The notes beneath the pieces are model-generated. The model did no database searches, had not been told where the DNA came from, and saw only the letters and a program-made list of their open reading frames with translations. Shown here piece after piece: positions 38,638-47,833 of a DNA stretch of 64,000 nucleotides. The stretch is from the NCBI GenBank assembly GCA_963677925.2, contig CAXXYH010000001.1, forward strand, positions 32,001 to 96,000, written 5' to 3'. The stretch is from Spirochaetia bacterium (GTDB lineage: Bacteria; Spirochaetota; Spirochaetia; UBA9216). The translations under genes were made by a program, and so were the position numbers. Each line of letters opens with the position of its first letter. Within the stretch, counting starts at the first letter, position 1.

Positions 38638-39378
38638 ATGAAACATACCGCTGCTTTTTTCGATATCGACGGGACCCTCTACAGGGATTCCCTGATGATT
38701 GAACATTTTAAAAAACTGCTGAAATATGAAGTTCTTGACGAATCCCTCTGGCACAGTAATGTTAAACACACCTATGAAAACTGGAAAAAACGCCGGGGAA
38801 ATTATGATGATTATCTGCTTGAACTTTCCGCTATCTATGTTGAATCGCTCAAGGGGCTTGAAAAATCCAAGATGGATTTTGTCACAGATCAGGTGATCAA
38901 GCTTAAGGGTGACAAGGTTTATATGTATACCCGGAATAAAATCAGGGAACATAAAAAGTCGGGACACTATGTATTCTTTATATCGGGAAGTCCCGATTAC
39001 CTTGTTCACAGAATGGCTAAAAGGTATGGAATTACCGAATGCGCAGGAACAAAATACCATGTTGATGAAAAAGGCAGATACACTGGTGAGGTAAGTGCCA
39101 TGTGGGATGCCGGCAACAAGGAAAAAGCTATCAACGGATTCTGTGAAAAATATGATATCGATCTTTCCCAAAGCTATGCCTATGGTGATACCAATGGAGA
39201 TCTTTCCATGTTCAGAATGGTCGGACACCCGGTAGCAATCAACCCGACCCGTGAACTTATTCAGAACCTTAAAAACGATGAGGACCTGTCCGGGAAGGTG
39301 AAAATAAGGCTTGAAAGAAAGGATGTTATATATAAACTTGATTCAGCGGTTGATATTTTCTATCCTGAAATAGATTAA
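38638..39378 (+). CDS. HAD-IB family hydrolase (SerB-like)
   Basis: FFDIDGTL, ISGSP, K and YGDTNGD motifs. Confidence 0.9.
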   Translation: MKHTAAFFDIDGTLYRDSLMIEHFKKLLKYEVLDESLWHSNVKHTYENWKKRRGNYDDYLLELSAIYVESLKGLEKSKMDFVTDQVIKLKGDKVYMYTRNKIREHKKSGHYVFFISGSPDYLVHRMAKRYGITECAGTKYHVDEKGRYTGEVSAMWDAGNKEKAINGFCEKYDIDLSQSYAYGDTNGDLSMFRMVGHPVAINPTRELIQNLKNDEDLSGKVKIRLERKDVIYKLDSAVDIFYPEID

Positions 39379-39394
39379 AAACGGAGTAAATATT

Positions 39395-40355
39395 ATGAAA
39401 CCAATCAGCTGTATCGGTGAACTGCTTATAGATTTTATATGTACTGATATTGATTCGAGTCTTTCTGAAGGCATTAATTTCAAGAAAATGGCCGGCGGCG
39501 CCCCTGCAAATGTTACAGCCGCCATTGCAAAGCTCGGAGGCCGGGCGGCTTTTATAGGAGCCGTGGGAGCAGACCCATTTGGAATATTTCTGGAAAAAAC
39601 CATAAAGGAGGTCGGTGTTGATACATCCATGATGAAATTCAGCACTGAGCAGTCCACTACCCTTGCTTTTGTTTCATTGAAAGCAAGCGGTGAACGCGAT
39701 TTTGTATTCAACCGCGGTGCCGATGCAGAACTTCTGATGAATGATATCGATACAGATAAAATAGAAAATTCAGCTCTTGTCCATTTCGGTTCTGCAACAG
39801 GTTTTCTTGATGGAAGTCTGAAGTCAACATATTCGGAGCTTCTTGATTTCTGCATAGAAAACAGCATCTACATATCATTTGATCCGAACTACCGGACTGA
39901 TCTCTGGAAAGGCCGGGATGAAGAGTTTAAAAAATCTTCAGAACATTTCATCAGCAGGGCTGATCTGATAAAACTAAGTGATGATGAGCTTAAATTTCTT
40001 ACCGGAACTGATGATATAGAACCGGCTGTGAAGTCGCTTGATGTGAAAAAAACTGCAGTGGTTATGATAACTCTCGGAAGCCGGGGGTACTTACATTTAT
40101 TCTGCAGCTTCCGGTGAAAGTACAATTGTTGAGAGCATCAAAATTAAGTCAATTGACTCTACAGGCGCAGGGGACGCATTTACCGGAGCTGTTTTGTACC
40201 GGATTGCTTTGGATGATAATCCCTTTGACTATTTGTCTGATTTCAACCGGGTGAAGGAGGTTACAGCCTTCGCAAATAAAGTCGGTGCGGTCGTCTGTAC
40301 AAAAATAGGTGCGATTGCCTCACTGCCGAATTTGAATGAGGTCAACAGTCTCTAG
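39395..40355 (+). pseudogene. PfkB-family carbohydrate kinase (fructokinase-like) split by a 1-nt frameshift; real lesion or sequencing error
   Basis: GGAPANV and FDPNYR lie in the ORF ending at 40117. Removing one G from GGGGG (40083-40087) continues into DSTGAGDAF (40155-40181) and ANKVGA...KIGA to TAG 40355, giving 319 aa. Confidence 0.85.
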
Positions 40356-40368
40356 GCTCTAAAAGATA

Positions 40369-41220
40369 TTAATCTGATGCAGACTGTTCTGCATCGGGAA
40401 CATCAAAAGTAAGCGGACAGATTTTTCCGTCCCTGATTTCTGAAAGCAGAATCTTGCAGGCTCTTTCGGTATCAACTACTCCGCCTTTCAGCAGAAATCC
40501 TCTATTCCTGCCTATCTCTTCGATCAGCAGTTCCGTTTTTTCAGGTATTGATTCAAGCCTGAATCTTGACTTCAGTTCCTCCGGATACAATTCAGCCATG
40601 ATATCCGCAGCCCTGAAGGCAATATCATATATGTCGAGGATTGTATCCTTGATAGAACCTAGAATTGCAAGTTTGTAGCCTATTTCTGGTTCAAATTTAT
40701 GCCAAAGCAGACCGGGCGTGTCGATAAGGGTGAAGTCGTTTGAGAGAACAATCCTCTGAAAATCTTTGGTATGTCCCGGCTTGTTCTGAACAGAGGCTTT
40801 TTTCTGTTTCTTCAGGCGGTTGACCAGTGTCGATTTACCGACATTGGGAATTCCCGCTATCATAGCATTTATCTTTGTCCTGTTTCCGCCGGTACGGCTG
40901 CTGTCGACAATTTTTCTGCATAGGGGCACTATCGAATTGTAGGATGCAGGCTGGGTTGTGGAAACGCGGACTATATCTGTATAAGATTCTTTTAGACGGC
41001 GATACCAGGCTTCGGAACTTTCCGGATCCGCAAGGTCTGTTTTATTCAGAATAATTATATGCGGTTTTCCGCTTGTTATTTCATGCAGAAGGGGGTTTCT
41101 GCTGGATTCCGGAATCCTTGCGTCTATTACTTCAAGAATTATATCGATGCGGTTCATCTGCTCAGAGATGAGACGCTTAGTCCTGTTCATATGTCCGGGG
41201 AACCAGTTAATATTTGCCAT
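40369..41220 (-). CDS. rbgA: Ribosome biogenesis GTPase RbgA/YlqF
   Basis: INWFPGHM, DARIP, NKTDL, GIPNVGKST and DTPG (circularly permuted GTPase). Confidence 0.96.
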   Translation of the reverse strand: MANINWFPGHMNRTKRLISEQMNRIDIILEVIDARIPESSRNPLLHEITSGKPHIIILNKTDLADPESSEAWYRRLKESYTDIVRVSTTQPASYNSIVPLCRKIVDSSRTGGNRTKINAMIAGIPNVGKSTLVNRLKKQKKASVQNKPGHTKDFQRIVLSNDFTLIDTPGLLWHKFEPEIGYKLAILGSIKDTILDIYDIAFRAADIMAELYPEELKSRFRLESIPEKTELLIEEIGRNRGFLLKGGVVDTERACKILLSEIRDGKICPLTFDVPDAEQSASD

Positions 41221-41261
41221 TATTTCTCCGGGATCATTATAAACAAAACATTTAGTGTTAA

Positions 41262-43058
41262 CTACCCCGCTTCAATTTCATCCCCGGTGAAGTGACTCAC
41301 ATGTGCGGTGAGGGTTTCAGTAATCTGCATGTTTTTTCTGCCGTTGATTTCAAGCTGTTTTGTAAGGTCAAACAGATTTCCGCTTTCATCTCTAATAATA
41401 TCAAGATCGCTTACCGCTGTATTAAAACCGCCTTTAAGTTCCGCCGCTGATACTCTTATTTTTTTAATGTAGTCATCGATATATTCAGCAGACCCGGTAA
41501 TATTATCATTTGCTGTTTTCAGTTTTTGAAACTCTCTGTTGACTGTTGTTCCCTTATCTTCTGTTGCAGAAAGTGATTCAGAAGTTAGTGTCATTTTACT
41601 GTTAACCTCGCCGGAGATTTTTTCAATCTTTCCAAAAATATGGCGGTTTTCACTGCTGACACTCTTTAAACTATCTATTGAATCAATTATCAGCTGCAGC
41701 TTATTTCTGGTTTCATCTGACCCCTTCTTGACCTTGAGTGCAAGAGCGGATATCTCCTTTGAAACAACTTTAAATCCGTGGCCGTACTGCCCGGCTCTTG
41801 ATGCTTCAATGGCAGCGTTAATGCTTAAAATGTTTATTTCTGCCGATACATTCTCCATAAGTTCATTTATCGCCCGTATAGTGCCAGCCTGTTCGGCAAT
41901 GCGGATTGTCTGATTATCAAGAGTACTCACAAGTCCTGAGCCCCTTGTCGTTTCAGATTTTAAAATCTCAGAAAGCTCCCTGCTTTCATTTCCAAAGATT
42001 TTTACCCTGCCGAGCTCTGCATGCATCTTTTCCATTTCTGAAACCGTGTGCAGAAAGATTTCAGACTGCTTTCGGGCATCAGAAGTTAGATTTGCAGCGT
42101 TATGAGAAATTGTTTCTATGGATTCGGATATACTCATTACGGCTTCATTAATAATACTGAAAAAATCATACAGGTTCTCACTGGTTGTTTTTAAGGAGGA
42201 TGATGTATTGAAATTCTTTAATATATTCTGTTCCAGGTCTCCGCTCAGTTCGGAAGTGATTCTGATAGCAGAGAACAGCACTTCAAGCATTCTGCTGAGA
42301 TTGTCCGAGAAGTTATTAAAATTTTCCCGCAGGATGCCCAGTTCATCCTTTCCTGTTGATTTAAATCTGAACTTAAGGCCTTCACCGCCTTCTGACAGCT
42401 TGCGTATTTCATCTCCCGTGGTTTTTATAGTTCCGATAACAGAATTTCTGAAATAAAATATTGAAAAAACAAGACCGGACAGAATCAAAACAAATATAGC
42501 GATAAAAATAATTCTGAAATTGCGTACATCATTTTCAATAGTTTTTAAAATATCCAGTTTAATCAGCCGGATATCAGAGAAATATCTGTTAAGTCCGTTT
42601 TTCAGTTTGTTATAGCTGTCGGTCAGGACAGCTGTGGTATTTACAGGATCGATAGCCTGATTATTGTTTATTTTCAGTATCAGCTCTTCCTGAATGACTG
42701 TATAAAGATTTGAAATATCAATAATGAGCTGTTCACTGCCATTAAAATTAAAATCCCTGCTTTCATCTAAAAGGTTTTCGATCGTCTGTTTCAGACGTGA
42801 ATTGGTAAGTTTATATTCAACTAGTATTTCGCCTCCGACAGAACCCTCCTGAGTAAGAAGTATCCGGTAGCCCTGATTAAGCTGGAGCAGAAGAAGGTTT
42901 TCACTTTCCTGTAGCGAACTGATGTACTCATCAATGTGCTGCTGTTCATTTATTGACTTAACGGTAAGCGACATGAATAAAAATGAAAAAGCAAGCAGAG
43001 TTAAAAATCCGCTCAGTATTAAAATACTGAGCAGATTATATTTTGTCGTGATTTTCAT
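41262..43058 (-). CDS. Methyl-accepting chemotaxis protein
   Basis: Two TM segments, HAMP (KDELGILRENFN) and signalling hairpin INILSINAAIEASRAGQYGHGFKVVSKEI. Confidence 0.92.
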   Translation of the reverse strand: MKITTKYNLLSILILSGFLTLLAFSFLFMSLTVKSINEQQHIDEYISSLQESENLLLLQLNQGYRILLTQEGSVGGEILVEYKLTNSRLKQTIENLLDESRDFNFNGSEQLIIDISNLYTVIQEELILKINNNQAIDPVNTTAVLTDSYNKLKNGLNRYFSDIRLIKLDILKTIENDVRNFRIIFIAIFVLILSGLVFSIFYFRNSVIGTIKTTGDEIRKLSEGGEGLKFRFKSTGKDELGILRENFNNFSDNLSRMLEVLFSAIRITSELSGDLEQNILKNFNTSSSLKTTSENLYDFFSIINEAVMSISESIETISHNAANLTSDARKQSEIFLHTVSEMEKMHAELGRVKIFGNESRELSEILKSETTRGSGLVSTLDNQTIRIAEQAGTIRAINELMENVSAEINILSINAAIEASRAGQYGHGFKVVSKEISALALKVKKGSDETRNKLQLIIDSIDSLKSVSSENRHIFGKIEKISGEVNSKMTLTSESLSATEDKGTTVNREFQKLKTANDNITGSAEYIDDYIKKIRVSAAELKGGFNTAVSDLDIIRDESGNLFDLTKQLEINGRKNMQITETLTAHVSHFTGDEIEAG

Positions 43059-43120
43059 TACTTAATTGCTAATGAAAAAGACCTGTATTTTTATTAGATT
43101 TTGGTTAGAGTTCGGTTAAT

Positions 43121-43627
43121 TCAAAGGCTGTTTACAGCCTCCAGCGCCTTGGCGTAATCAGGCTCCTGTGCAATTTCCGGAACCTGTTCTGTGTAGACAA
43201 CCTTTCCTTCACCGTCCAGGACAACCACAGCCCTTGAAAGCAGTCCTGCAAGCGGTCCGTCGGTCATAAGTACACCGTAATCCTTCCCAAACTCAGGATT
43301 TCTGAATACTGAGAGTGATTCAACTTTTTCAAGACCCTCTGTTGTGCAGAATCTTGAATGTGCAAAAGGAAGGTCCGCCGAAATACAGAGAACTGAAGTA
43401 TTGTCGAGCTTGTTAAGTTCAGCATTGAATTTTCGTACCGAGGTGGCACATACCGATGTATCAAGACTTGGAAAGATATTGAGAATGACCTTTTTACCCT
43501 TGTAGTCTGATAATCCTGCAGTCGATAGATCATTTTTTACAAGCTCGAATGCAGGTGCTGAGGCTCCTGCTGCAGGCAGACTGCCTGAAGTATTTATTTT
43601 ATTGCCTTTAAATGTTATTTCCGCCAT
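43121..43627 (-). CDS. tpx: Thiol peroxidase Tpx
   Basis: NIFPSLDTSVCATS, SADLPFAHSRFC and EPDY motifs. Confidence 0.97.
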   Translation of the reverse strand: MAEITFKGNKINTSGSLPAAGASAPAFELVKNDLSTAGLSDYKGKKVILNIFPSLDTSVCATSVRKFNAELNKLDNTSVLCISADLPFAHSRFCTTEGLEKVESLSVFRNPEFGKDYGVLMTDGPLAGLLSRAVVVLDGEGKVVYTEQVPEIAQEPDYAKALEAVNSL

Positions 43628-43735
43628 AAATTAACTCCTATAATTTATTTATAAATAAAGGATAATACCGCGGAAAGCCGCAGTAAACATAAATCATGGA
43701 TAAATTGTGAATCTGCTGTTATAATTCGGTCTATT

Positions 43736-44956
43736 ATGAAAGCGTATTCTTCAAACATCGGTAAAAATTATCTATTTACATTTTTCTCAAATATAAACTT
43801 TACACACGGGCTATGGTTAATATTTCTTGCTCTCCGCGGATTCAGCCTTACAGAAATAGCGCTGCTTGAGAGTATTTTTCATATCAGCTCCCTGATTTTT
43901 GAAGTACCGTCCGGTGCAATAGCAGATATCTTCGGCCGGAAATACTGCCGAATTGCCGGCCGTTTTCTTTTTATTATCAGCCTGTTTATCATGTTTTATG
44001 CCGGAACATTTATTTTACAGGCAGTCGGTTTTATGCTTACAGCCTTCAGCTATAATCTTGAATCGGGAGCAGGTGAAGCCTTCGTATATGATTCAATGAA
44101 GCTCGACGGAAACGAATCGAAGTATATTCATACCGCAGGCAGAATAGAACTTTTCTATCAGCTTGCTACAATTATTTCATTTTTTGTCGGCGGATTCCTT
44201 GCCACCGGTCCAGGGTACATTTATGTTTTCTACCTAAGCGCGCTTTTCAGTCTGGCAGCATTAATCACAGGTCTGGGTTTCAGGGAACCGGAAATTACTG
44301 AGCATAAAGAGCAGGAACACCGAAGCATGCTCAAAGTGCTCAGGGACAGTGCCGTAATTCTTAAAAGCAGACCTAAAATAATATATTTAATTGTGTTCAC
44401 TGAGACTATATTTGTATTCTCAACAAGCCTTTTTTTCTATCTTCAGAATTTTCTGAAAATTTCCGGACGAACTGAATTTTATATAGGCAGTTTCTATTCA
44501 ATTTCTGCGGTTTTTGCTGCAGTTTCCGCCTTTTACGGCGGCAGAATAGAAGCAAGGATCGGAGAGAAAAACGTTATGCGCTACCTCCCGCTTCTGCTGG
44601 TTTTTATCATGTGGGGAGTATTTCTGACGGATTACAAGGAGTATTTCTTTGTTCTGACCGGTCTGATAGAGGGTATACTGATAGTAGCCGTTTCCAATTA
44701 TATTAACAGGCTTATACCCTCTGAACTGCGTGCGACCATACTATCAGTACAGAGTATGTATTTCAGTTTTCTCATGATTATATTATTTCCATTACTCGGT
44801 TATATTGCAGAAAGTTTTTCATTTCAGACAATTTTTCTGCTCATGGCGCTTCTAACATCAGGCCTTACTCTAGCCTACTATTTTGCGGTGGTCTACGGCA
44901 GCCGTTTTCTCAACAGGGATGATACGGCCAGCGCTGCAGATGAAAATGCAAACTGA
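43736..44956 (+). CDS. MFS transporter
   Basis: About 12 TM; FEVPSGAIADIFGRK motif A, SGAGEAFVYDS and IPSELRATILS. Confidence 0.92.
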   Translation: MKAYSSNIGKNYLFTFFSNINFTHGLWLIFLALRGFSLTEIALLESIFHISSLIFEVPSGAIADIFGRKYCRIAGRFLFIISLFIMFYAGTFILQAVGFMLTAFSYNLESGAGEAFVYDSMKLDGNESKYIHTAGRIELFYQLATIISFFVGGFLATGPGYIYVFYLSALFSLAALITGLGFREPEITEHKEQEHRSMLKVLRDSAVILKSRPKIIYLIVFTETIFVFSTSLFFYLQNFLKISGRTEFYIGSFYSISAVFAAVSAFYGGRIEARIGEKNVMRYLPLLLVFIMWGVFLTDYKEYFFVLTGLIEGILIVAVSNYINRLIPSELRATILSVQSMYFSFLMIILFPLLGYIAESFSFQTIFLLMALLTSGLTLAYYFAVVYGSRFLNRDDTASAADENAN

Positions 44957-46119
44957 ATATTATAGCCTCCGCTGTCGCCGTCAACATCAATAATTTCACC
45001 TGCAAAATACAGCCCGGGTGCTATTCTTGATTCCATTGTCCGGCGGTCAATTTCATCTGTAGAAACTCCGCCGGCAGTGCACATAGCGGTTTTTTTTATC
45101 AGCTGCTCAATTTTAAGCTCAAGCGACATAATACAGTTTATTATCTGCTTTCGCTCTTTTCCCGAAACTTCCGCACTCTTTTTATCTGAGGGAATTCCGG
45201 CTGTTTTCAAGAGAAAAGAAATCAGGCTCTCTGGAAGCCCGATGGAAGTTAAAGTGTTTTTTAGAAGCTTTTTTCCGTTTTCCCGAAGACTAGTATCAAT
45301 GAGCTCTGAGACTTCCTCCCTGCTGCTTTCAGGACTAAAATTAACGCTGATTATATCGCCGGGTAGAAAATCACGGCTGTTGTCTATGATAACCGGTCCG
45401 GATACTCCTGTATGAGTAAAAAGCATTCGGCCGCTGAAGCGGCCTGTTTTTCTACCGTCTCTGAAGAGGCTTATTTCAGTATCACAGGCAATTCCAGCTA
45501 TTTCTGCAGTGCTGGAATCTGAAATTTTCACTGCTGCAAGTGACGGCCGGGCTTCTGAAATTTTATGACCCAGGCCGCGGCTGAGCAGATAGCCGTCTCC
45601 CCTAGAACCGGTTGATGGATAGGTAAAACCGCCTGCGGCGAGCAGAATATTACTGCTTCTTAAATTCTCAGTATCTGTTTTAACGGTGAAATGCTTATCC
45701 GAATATTCTATTCCGGTTACTCTCCGGTTTGTTTCAATTTCTGCTCCGGCTGTGCTGCATGCTTTAAGAAGCGTTTCAAGTATATCTCTGCTCCGTTCAC
45801 TGACCGGAAAAACTTTACCGTCCTCTCTGGAGAAAAGCGGAGTATTGTGTTCTGTAAAAAAATTAATGAGCGCTCTGTTATCGAAATGCATCAAGGCATT
45901 TTTTACAAAATTATTTTTTCTTCCGTATCTGCTGAAAAAATCCTGAATTGGTGCGGAATTGGTAAGGTTGCATTTACCCTCCCCGCTTATCAGCAGTTTT
46001 TTCCCCGGGCTTTTTTCACCCTCAAGAATCAGCGTTTTGACTCCTGCCTGTGCGGCAAGAATACCGGCAAACAAACCGGCCGGACCTGCACCTGTTATAA
46101 TAAATTCATATTCTTTCAT
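44893..46119 (-). CDS. HI0933/BaiN-family flavoprotein oxidoreductase
   Basis: GAGPAG, GKKLLISGEGKCNLTN, LFTHTGVSGP and GEIIDVDGDSGGYNIQFA. True start ATG 46119; the track's extension is antisense to tag. Confidence 0.93.
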   Translation of the reverse strand: MKEYEFIITGAGPAGLFAGILAAQAGVKTLILEGEKSPGKKLLISGEGKCNLTNSAPIQDFFSRYGRKNNFVKNALMHFDNRALINFFTEHNTPLFSREDGKVFPVSERSRDILETLLKACSTAGAEIETNRRVTGIEYSDKHFTVKTDTENLRSSNILLAAGGFTYPSTGSRGDGYLLSRGLGHKISEARPSLAAVKISDSSTAEIAGIACDTEISLFRDGRKTGRFSGRMLFTHTGVSGPVIIDNSRDFLPGDIISVNFSPESSREEVSELIDTSLRENGKKLLKNTLTSIGLPESLISFLLKTAGIPSDKKSAEVSGKERKQIINCIMSLELKIEQLIKKTAMCTAGGVSTDEIDRRTMESRIAPGLYFAGEIIDVDGDSGGYNIQFAFSSAALAVSSLLRKRLP

Positions 46120-46139
46120 TTCAGTGTTATTATTGTATG

Positions 46140-46703
46140 ATGAAGAAAAAAAGATGTCCATGGTGCGGTGATGATGAACTGTACTGTCAATACCACGATA
46201 CAGAATGGGGTGTGCCGGTACATGATGATAGGAAACTGTTTGAACTGCTAATACTCGAAGGGGCACAGGCAGGCTTAAGCTGGATAACAGTGCTGCGGAA
46301 ACGCGAGGCTTACAGAGAGGCTTTTGATTATTTTGATTATGAAAAAATTGCAGCCTACTCTGATGAAAAAGTAGCAAGTCTGCTGCAGAACCCGGGAATT
46401 ATCCGTAACCGCCTTAAGATCAATTCAGCTGTTACAAATGCCAGGAACTTTCTGCGTATTCAGCATGAGTTCGGCAGTTTCGACAGCTATATCTGGCAGT
46501 TTACCGGCGGGAAAACAATTAAAAACCGTTTTGAAGATATTTCTGAAGTTCCGGCTACCAGTTCTGAGTCAGATGCAATGAGCGGAGCTCTAAAAAAACA
46601 GGGATTCAAGTTTATAGGCAGTACTATCTGTTATGCTTATATGCAATCGGCCGGTATGGTGAATGATCACCTGACAGAATGCTTCAGATATGATGAGGTC
46701 TAG
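46140..46703 (+). CDS. tag: DNA-3-methyladenine glycosylase I
   Basis: RCPW, YHDTEWG, LEGAQAGLSW, IIRNRLKI and GMVNDHLTEC motifs. Confidence 0.97.
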   Translation: MKKKRCPWCGDDELYCQYHDTEWGVPVHDDRKLFELLILEGAQAGLSWITVLRKREAYREAFDYFDYEKIAAYSDEKVASLLQNPGIIRNRLKINSAVTNARNFLRIQHEFGSFDSYIWQFTGGKTIKNRFEDISEVPATSSESDAMSGALKKQGFKFIGSTICYAYMQSAGMVNDHLTECFRYDEV

Positions 46704-47685
46704 GCTTTTCTCTTATATAAGTCTTTTAATTTCAGTGACAGTACTGCTTATTTTTATGCAGGCCTGCACCGGCTTGTATGTTAAGACTGGAAACAGTGAT
46801 ATCACGGAGCTTAATTCAGTAAGAGTCGGGAGCAGTTCCGGCTCTGATTACAGAACAATCTCTGAGGCTCTGGAAACAGCAGAAGGCGGAATCACTTATT
46901 TTATTCTGTCTGATGAAATCTATACTGAGAGCGGACTTACAGTTGACCGCAGAGCCGTACTGATTGGACAGAGCCCTGAGAAGACAGTAATTCAGGGAGC
47001 CTCAGAGAAGATGGCAGGTCCTGACAGGATTTTCACCGTAGCAGAAAGCGGGGTTCTTGTTATCAGGGATTTAAGTATCCGTAACGGCTATGCGCGTGAA
47101 ATCCTGCGCAGAGGCGGAGGGATTCTTAATCTGGGACGCCTGAGCGCCGAAAACTGCTTAATTCACGGCAATGCAGCACTGTACGGAGCGGGAATCGATA
47201 ACCGGGGTACGGCTCATCTGAGTTCCTGCACAGTATCAGGGAATATGGGCTTAAAGAGGCTTCCTGCCGAACTTACCAGCGGTATTGGCTGCACCGGAAG
47301 CGGTGGCGGAATTAAAAACGAACCCGGCGGATTTCTTTACATGTCCGACTGTATTGTTTCAGGTAATTCAACCAACCGTAAAGGCGGCGGGCTTTTTATT
47401 GCCTGTGATTCTTCCGCGGTTATCGAAAGATGCCGTTTCACTGATAATTCTGCCAGGATAAACGGCGGAGGAATATTCAGCAAGGGGAATATGGTGCTCA
47501 AAGAATCTCTAATATCAGCGAACACAGCAATGGCTGAAACAGGTGGAGTTTTTAACACCGGTATTGCTGATATTATATCAACAACAATTACAGAAAATTC
47601 ACCGCGTGATTTCACAGACGGAAACGGCGGCGGTTTTTATGGTAACGGTTTTACCGGAATATTTAACGGAAACCGGATAGAATAG
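46690..47685 (+). CDS. Probable lipoprotein with right-handed parallel beta-helix (pectin-lyase-like, GGGI repeats)
   Basis: Signal peptide ending MQAC; DYRTISEAL; repeated xGN.A..GGGI.N turns. Confidence 0.75.
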   Translation: MMRSRLFSYISLLISVTVLLIFMQACTGLYVKTGNSDITELNSVRVGSSSGSDYRTISEALETAEGGITYFILSDEIYTESGLTVDRRAVLIGQSPEKTVIQGASEKMAGPDRIFTVAESGVLVIRDLSIRNGYAREILRRGGGILNLGRLSAENCLIHGNAALYGAGIDNRGTAHLSSCTVSGNMGLKRLPAELTSGIGCTGSGGGIKNEPGGFLYMSDCIVSGNSTNRKGGGLFIACDSSAVIERCRFTDNSARINGGGIFSKGNMVLKESLISANTAMAETGGVFNTGIADIISTTITENSPRDFTDGNGGGFYGNGFTGIFNGNRIE

Positions 47686-47763
47686 TTAAATAATTATTAT
47701 ATTACACATTTTGTCGGGTAAAAATATAAGAAATTTACTATACAAGTATTCCCTTATCAGCCG

Positions 47764-47821
47764 ATAGAGTATATAGTGTTCGTCACTAAGTTATTTTTAA
47801 AAAAGGCGCTATATATAGCGT
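47764..47821 (+). promoter_or_regulatory. Tandem NrdR boxes upstream of nrdJ
   Basis: GCGCTATATATAGCGT (47806-47821) fits the acaCwAtATaTwGtgt consensus; a weaker ATAGAGTATATAGTGT (47764-47779) lies 42 bp upstream. Confidence 0.75.
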
Positions 47822-47833
47822 GGGAGGGACTAA

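Noticed and set aside
37383-39867. Long antisense ORFs (224, 224 and 174 aa) opposite the transporter, HAD and pfkB genes
   Set aside because: Fully overlap well-supported sense genes and have no motifs; typical antisense open frames.
47686-47833. Cobalamin riboswitch before nrdJ
   Set aside because: The region is short and AT-rich with no B12-box; NrdR boxes explain it.
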